Assembly (NCBI GenBank): GCA_946965045.2
Contig: OX337229.1
Span: 1,302,001-1,366,000, forward strand
Source: Epithemia pelagica
Taxonomy: Eukaryota > Protista > Bacillariophyta
Direction: 5' to 3'
DNA length: 64,000 bases
The position numbers and the translations under genes are program-made. Under the pieces are notes generated by a model. It saw only the letters and a program-made list of their open reading frames with translations. It had not been told where the DNA came from and did no database searches. Within the stretch, counting starts at the first letter, position 1, and each line of letters begins with the position of its first letter. Shown here piece by piece: positions 57,470-64,000 of this stretch.

Positions 57470-59235
57470 GACACATCACCAAGACAGGTTTCGAGACCCA
57501 ACGTTGGACGGAACTGATACAACAGGCTGAATAAAGAGTCCAAGGAGCAACGATACCTGGTACATACATAAGAAGAGCCGATGAGATCCAACCCAAGCTT
57601 ACAGGTAGTTGATACAAGTTGAAGAGAGAAAGACAGTGTATGAAGAGGAAGCACGCGGTGCTGTCTTATCCAACTCTGGAGGAAGGCATTCCTGAGTTGG
57701 CAAGGTCCATATCGGAAACAGGTCCCTCTTTTCCTACCGAGGATGATCATCCAAAAGTAAGAATCGTTGAGAAGGAATTTGGACTGCTGGAAGAGCAGTC
57801 GTTCGAGAAAATCAAAGGGACGAGAACAAATTTGCGAACGGTCGATGGGCGAATAGAGTATTCTACAGAGAACGACATTGCTGTGAAAGTAGGCAGTTTT
57901 ATCGAAACTCTTGTCGATGCATTAAGACTCACTGGCGAAGTCAAAGTGTCCAGCGAGGTTGGCGTATTCAAGCTTCGGCCCGACCTGTGGGTCATCTCTC
58001 GTCAAACTATGCCTATCGGTTTCATCGAGGTGAAGAAACCGGACATTGTACACAAAGAATCGGATGACGAAGACGACGAGAACGACGAAGTAACGGAGGA
58101 TCATGCCCCGAAGAGACGACCTTCGTGTCTACTTCAAAAAGATGAGGAGGACTCGAATGATGATGAAGAACAAACCTACATTTCAGCGATGGAACACCCG
58201 AACGTTCTGGGTGAACTTTATGATTTCATGAAGCACTTGCCAAACTTCTACGGTGTTTACCCAGCCTTTGGCACGATTATGAACGCGTGGCGTGTGGCAT
58301 GGCTTCCAAACGCCGATACAGACACATTGGCGGCTCAAACAGAGACAATTGACGATTCTAGAGGCAAGCGAGGAAGATGAAAGGGAGGGACTCCAAGGAT
58401 CGCTGAGTTCCGAGTCCGTTGGCGCACACAAAGTAACGGATCAAGAAACGGAAGAAGAGGAGGATGAAAGTCTTTGTGAAGATGAGGCCCCCAGCGGGAG
58501 GCTAGTGCATGCTTCGAGAATCTATCGCAAGGATGACGGCGGATATCTTGTTGCACGAACTGTAGCGTCCGCCATTATCAAAATGTCCAAAGCGAAAAGG
58601 CAGCCGTATGAGACTCCATTTGATCAACTATCGAATCGCTCATTGCTCAAATTCGAAAAAGGAGTAGATGCCACCGTCCTTTGGACTCGTTTAAAGCTCC
58701 GCAACGGCCCGCGATGGGACAAGGTCGCATCACCAAAGAGGTTCTTGTACGCCATAGAAGACCTTGGCCACGGAGCTCACGGTCGGGTCTGGCTTCCATC
58801 CACGAGTGGTGGAGCAGTTTGTGCGTTGAAATTCTCACTGGCTGAAACCAACCTAACGAAAGAGCAAAGGCTCCACGACAAAAAAAAAGGCGGGACGACA
58901 TATACGGGCCAGGCATAACAGTTTTTCGGGAGAGCTGGTGCGGTGAACCTGCACTTCGCATGCCCGATTTTGCAAAAGTTCAAGAAGCTGGCCGAATCAG
59001 CGCAGTAGAAAAGGTGAAGACTACACTTCTGGAGGACTACCACAACAGAGGCTTTATTCACACGGATGTGGCGTGGCGTAACGTGGGACTTTACAAAACG
59101 GCTTCGGATGAGGAAAGAGCAGTCGTCTTTGACATGGGGGAGGTGAGGCTGTTACGCAATCACGAAAAGACAAACACGAAGTGGGTGAGAATTGCGTGCA
59201 AGAAGCTCAAAGACACATCAGTTCCTACTCTTTAG
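57470..59235 (+). pseudogene. Disrupted PD-(D/E)xK nuclease-like + protein-kinase-like gene
   Basis: RPDLWV...GFIEVKKP, then LGHGAHGRVW, CALKF, FIHTDVAWRN and VFDMG. In-frame stops at 57532 and 57610; frameshifts near 58345 and at the A9 run 58880-58888. The 5' limit is approximate. Confidence 0.72.
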
Positions 59236-59623
59236 AACACGCATCATCGGGGGAACGATCAGATGTCATCTTTTTGTTCCATTAATGCTTTAGATAATCC
59301 AGTGTTCGTTGACGGGTGCGACTGGGGGGGGGGGTCTTTTTTGACTCTAAGTTCCTCGTTGTCCGACCAAAGGGTCGTTCTCGTGGTGGCATTCTTCTTC
59401 TTCTTCTTACCCTACTGTGCTTGTGAAGTGCACCTCGAGAAAGGGCTCAGTTACAGCATAGAAGCATACATTTTGTTTTTTTATTTTTTTACACATTAAA
59501 ATGTGTTGCAGCCGCATATCGGTACCGAGACTCCTGAGCGGAACTCCGGTCACTGAGCACAGTATTCTATTTCAAGGTTATTGGAGCCATCCAATACAAG
59601 AGTTGGGAGTATCCAAAAAGTCT

Positions 59624-61039
59624 TCAAGGTTTGATTAGGGTGATGGATGACTCGACCACCCTGCTCGATGAATTCAGAATGTTCCATGATGGACCTTCCT
59701 CTATTGGGGTGTCAAACAAACCCCGTGTCCAATTCTGACCTTGTACAATAATCACATCTAGAATGGGATGGGAAAGCAAAGGCGTAGAGTTCGGGACCAA
59801 CAGTATTTGTGGAAAGGCCTTCTCAATGTCTCGAAATATCCCACACTCGTCGTATTCGTCTGTGAATAAGTGAGTAATCGGCAAGACAAGAAGCATGATA
59901 AGCATCGTCCTTATTTGCTTTGGAAGATACTGCTTGATCCTATTTTGAGACCAATGCCTTCGCCAACATTCTTCCAGTACAAGCAGAAATCCATTCCACA
60001 GAAAAAATCCAAATTGGTGCCCAAGTTGATGACGATACGGCACGCGCAATAGATTGTTGGCAACAACATCTGGTCCTCGCGCCGATGCGAGAACAAACAG
60101 CATATACTCGTGAGCAAGGCCACTAGCCAAGAAAGTTAGGATGGCTGCCGGAGATTTGGGAAGGAGTCTCCGAACGGGTCCATAAATGCCACGCTTTAGG
60201 CTGAAGGCAACTAGTCTGTTCCAACGCTGTCCCCAAAAATTCGAGACACTCGTGGCAGCAGTGATAGGAGAATCGTGCGAATTCACAAAGTGAAGCCCTC
60301 CAGTGAAAACATACAGGACGACTTCACCAAATGTACATCCAAGGTCTAATGTGAAGCTCACCACCGATGCCGCCATGAGGTTGTTGCCCACGTTTCCCCA
60401 GTACAACAAATCAAAACAAGTATTGATCTGTCGCGATGGGAAGATCTTGTAGTTGTGCGCTGTCAAAAAGCTTAGAAATAGAGTTGCTTGTACGAAGAGA
60501 GACAAAACTTTCCACACCTTTTGTAGCAATTGAGTTCGTGTTGCATAAACTGGTTTGTAGTGGTCGTGATCGAGAACCACTGGAATGGCAAAGTACAAGG
60601 AAAATAGAGCCACGTTGTTCCGGGCGAAAGCAGGTATTTCTCGTGCAAACAAGGTTTCGTTGAGACGCATCGTAGCGAGCACAGGAGAACCAACCACATT
60701 CAACATCAACAAACAATTACGGATATCCAATGATTGAATGATCCAGTATGGTGTGCAAAGTATCAGAGGGAGTAACACTCCGTATCCTAACAGCACCGAT
60801 TGAATCGAGTCTCTTCTCTGTTGTTTCAGAGTTTCCGGTTGAACAATGAAGTAGTATGCCAGGACAGCGGCTGTGGCACATAATAGTTGTGTGATGATTG
60901 CCAGAAGCACGAGTTGAGAAAGGAACAACGGATCCAACATTATCGTGCCTGTGATACCCCACCGACCAATGTGTACAAGAAGGTCACGATCGTACATCTC
61001 GAACTTGTCGTAGAATACCTGATCCCGTAAGAATTCCAT
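59624..61039 (-). CDS. MBOAT-family wax synthase / long-chain-alcohol O-acyltransferase-like protein
   Basis: Multi-TM protein with DSPITAATSVSNFWGQRWNRLV, FLASGLAHEY and FFLWNG. Confidence 0.85.
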   Translation of the reverse strand: MEFLRDQVFYDKFEMYDRDLLVHIGRWGITGTIMLDPLFLSQLVLLAIITQLLCATAAVLAYYFIVQPETLKQQRRDSIQSVLLGYGVLLPLILCTPYWIIQSLDIRNCLLMLNVVGSPVLATMRLNETLFAREIPAFARNNVALFSLYFAIPVVLDHDHYKPVYATRTQLLQKVWKVLSLFVQATLFLSFLTAHNYKIFPSRQINTCFDLLYWGNVGNNLMAASVVSFTLDLGCTFGEVVLYVFTGGLHFVNSHDSPITAATSVSNFWGQRWNRLVAFSLKRGIYGPVRRLLPKSPAAILTFLASGLAHEYMLFVLASARGPDVVANNLLRVPYRHQLGHQFGFFLWNGFLLVLEECWRRHWSQNRIKQYLPKQIRTMLIMLLVLPITHLFTDEYDECGIFRDIEKAFPQILLVPNSTPLLSHPILDVIIVQGQNWTRGLFDTPIEEGPSWNILNSSSRVVESSITLIKP

Positions 61040-61532
61040 CTTGAATCAGAATCGTCTCCACTCTTCAAAGCTTCAAAGCAAACAAAAATTTATCGTTTGG
61101 TTGTGATCTTCACTGATAATGAATTTTCTCTGGTCGTCTTTGCCGGTCAACGTCGACGTCGTTGCTTTCGATGTTGTTCAATCGTCGTATTGTGGTTATA
61201 GCAAGTACAGTATCGAGTATCGAGCCGCAATCTCCAAACCTGGTAAAGCGAAGAAATTAATGAGAAAAAGAAAGCACAAGACTGAGCACGGGAGAAAATT
61301 GCGAGTAATATAACGTTTGCACCCATCATTCTCGTATCCGAATCATGAATCAGAATTGTAATGCCATTGTGTCACGGGAATGGGATTTCAGATCTGAATC
61401 CTGGTCAAGCAAACTTTGTGCGATTGACTTTCCCTCGGAATCCTCCATCTAAACCAATTCCCAGTCACAACCACCATGGGACATTCTACTCCTACAAGTT
61501 CTAGTAAAAATACCTAGTGCCAGCGTCTTACA

Positions 61533-62562
61533 ATGGGGCGGCTATCAAAAGACAAGCGTGACATCTTTTATCGGTGTGTTCCTCGATTTTTATCGGCAAG
61601 TGATTGTTCTTCGCTTCACCTGTCTCAACATCTCATGACATTCCGTGAAAACGTCGTCCTTGTTGCTGTTCCCTCACAGGCTGGCCAAAGAAAATGGATA
61701 TCGAGCTCGATCTGCGTACAAGCTTCTTCAACTCGATGCAGAGTTTGATTTGTTCGGTGGAGTACAAAGGGCTGTGGACTTATGCGCTGCCCCTGGATCG
61801 TGGAGCCAAGTGCTAAGCGATAGTTTGCATTCGTCTCATCTGAAAGACAAACAAGAAAATAATTCAACAAGCGATACAGATACACTGACAGATGAAGCAC
61901 GGCACCCTCAGATAGTGGCTGTTGACTTGCAACCCATGGCACCACTGGATGACACTGTACTTTGTCTTCAGGGAGATATTACGATGAAGGAAACAGCATG
62001 TCGTATCATTGAACATTTCAATGGTCAGAAAGCCGAACTGGTGGTTTGCGATGGAGCCCCTGATGTGACAGGATTGCACGACGCCGATACGTTTATGCAG
62101 TCACAGTTGCTCCTGAGTGCTGCACTTATTGCCACACATGTACTGTCCCCGAATGGAGGGACTTTCGTGGCCAAAATATTTCGAGGGCGCGATGTCCACT
62201 ATCTCACAGCTCAGTTAAGAATATTGTTTCGACGCGTCAGCATTGCTAAACCAAGCAGTTCTCGGAGCTCCTCCATGGAGGCTTTTGTTGTTTGTCAGGA
62301 TTTTGTCGGTGAGCCGTTCGTAGAACTCCCACTCGATATCGGACAAGGAGTTTTTAACGTTGAGGAACTGGCGAATAAAAAAAAGACTGGTGTCGCTTCG
62401 TCTCTCTCTGATTCCGCTTCTACACAAAAAGGTCTATCGCTTCTGCGCATTGCCATTCCATTTATCGCCAGTGGTGACTTGTCGTGCTGGAATGTTGAAT
62501 CGGACAGCGAGTCTGATGGAGTCGACTCCAATACAGAGGATGTTTCGCCAAACTGTGGTTGA
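61533..62562 (+). CDS. TRM7: tRNA (cytidine32/guanosine34-2'-O)-methyltransferase (Trm7/FTSJ1)
   Basis: [14 protein letters not shown]|[15 protein letters not shown] (intron 61574-61679), [30 protein letters not shown] and [13 protein letters not shown]. Confidence 0.92.
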
Positions 62563-62681
62563 GTCAAGTCATATTGATCTAGCAGCCTATATCTGAGTAA
62601 GTGACTCATTATATGGTGGAAAGGATGCTCGCACGGCTTCACTGTAGGAAAGCACACGGCCTTGCGATCACTTTCACCGTA

Positions 62682-63783
62682 TTAGTCAAAGTTAGTTCTT
62701 TCCATTGACGATGTAAGAGGTGCTCCAGAGGACGGCGACAGGGAAGAGGATGGCTGTCGGTCGATCATGTCTAGAATGAACTCTGCCATTTTCCTACCTC
62801 CTGTGGGCGATGGCTCGACTCGAGCGATGTAGTCACTGCTGTCCTTTCCATCCAAAACACGATAAAGAGGAACAGGAACAACGACAGTTCCGGGGATGTC
62901 AATAGAAGAAATGGCTTCTTCGTAAGCTTTTCGTATCAAAAGCTGAAGCTTGGAAGGATTTGTATTGTATCCTAGAACACCCAGCGCCGCCCCCGCCCAA
63001 CTGGGAGTGTTTCGTTCATCAGGGTAGTAAATCATGCACACAAGGACTTTTGATGGTTTGGTTTTCGAAGTGAGCGAGTTAATATATTTCTGGATTCTGG
63101 TTCCAAAGAGATGTCGAAAATATCCCAAACAGGGCGGAAAGGCGCAGGCACAAGAACAAAGTGAAGGACCACAACCACAGCAACAGTCATCAATAGGAAC
63201 TGTACCGCACACACACCCATTTTCCACCACACTGACAGGCATACAAAATAGCAGCCCCAGGATACTGGCAATAGTACATGGACAAGGCATGAGAGCAATG
63301 TCATTGCCACCAACAGACACTACCAACACGTCTTGCGCTTGGATGTTTTCTCTCAGAAAGACATCTTGAGGCCGCAACTTGAATGTACGTTCATTGAGAG
63401 TGGATGCCTCAACTGCTGTATTAATAGCCGCCATCCGTTGGCGACGGCCATCACGTTCGCATAGATGGTTCATCCAGAACGTCACATCTGTTTTGGAGAT
63501 GGCGGGTTCGAGCACCGATTGATAGGGACCGGGCGCCGTGGCTGTCTCACCAAACCAATACTTGTTGTCCAATGACGAATCTCCAGCTGTCCATATTAGT
63601 CGATTTGCCGACTCTCGCAGTCTCGGTAAGATTTTCTCGAGATGTCGAACTTTGTGGCCACTGTTTCTCACAAGAAAACAGATTCAGCAAAACATAGCTA
63701 CATGCCAGATATCGTAGCTCAATTCCATCGTACCTGTATTCTGAGTAAAAGGAATGCGCATTCACGGGACGGTTCGATGACAT
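62682..63783 (-). CDS. SGNH/GDSL-hydrolase-like protein with a Cys-rich hydrophobic insert
   Basis: Exon 1 is 63783-63734, intron 63733-63661. Motifs AGDSSLDNKYW, SVGGND and VEPSPTGG, plus CCCGCGPSLCSCAC. Confidence 0.65.
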
Positions 63784-63957
63784 GACAACAGTTTCAAGGA
63801 CTAGTGATCGTGATATCGATTTTCGACCCTGTTGTCGGATGCATTGTCATTGATTGTTATATTGTGTGTCATGAAGATTCCACCAAAGATCCACAACCCC
63901 CAAACCCGCCCTCAGCACTATTCCCCCAATATTTGTAGCATCTCGCACAGAGACAGA

Positions 63958-63987
63958 GGGGGTGGGGATAGGGGACCGGGCACCGGG
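63958..63987 (+). other. Canonical G-quadruplex-forming motif
   Basis: G5-T-G4-ATA-G4-ACC-G3-CACC-G3. Confidence 0.5.
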
Positions 63988-64000
63988 CACCAATGTCCAA

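Noticed and set aside
58870-58900. A9 run as a programmed -1 frameshift site
   Set aside because: The same gene has another frameshift and two in-frame stops, so decay or homopolymer error is simpler.
1-64000. tRNA, rRNA, snoRNA
   Set aside because: No cloverleaf, T-loop or rRNA signature noticed by eye; tRNAscan-SE and Infernal would be needed to exclude them.

Overview
Gene-dense eukaryotic nuclear DNA, most likely from a raphid pennate diatom. This is inferred from the short GT-AG introns, signal peptides ending in ASAF-like plastid-targeting motifs, and the gene content. About 28 mostly ordinary host genes were reconstructed by hand, including an INTS6-like gene, CLU/Clueless, biotin synthase, YebC/TACO1, TMEM163-like, EIF1AD, UXT, REV1, ABHD17, PC4, eIF5, a UBC7-type E2, SOUL, an MBOAT wax-synthase-like gene and TRM7. 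One small spliced QCR8-like gene is not represented in the ORF track. Accessory content is as follows. (1) A DIRS/Ngaro-type retroelement at 48.5-54.2 kb has a CCCH-finger gag and an RT-RNase H pol in the same frame, separated by a single TGA-C; the two reading frames are otherwise uninterrupted, but no tyrosine recombinase follows. (2) Two unrelated non-autonomous TIR elements (698 and 604 bp) share GGGCTGG termini and T-N-A flanks (PIF/Harbinger-like), and both sit in head-to-head promoter regions. (3) A decayed PD-(D/E)xK nuclease + kinase-like gene. (4) An intact kinase and a nearby paralogue whose catalytic HRD reads HGG. (5) A protein with three tropomodulin-like LRR domains. No tRNA, rRNA or CRISPR array was seen. 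All family assignments come from motif recognition by eye; no database search was run.
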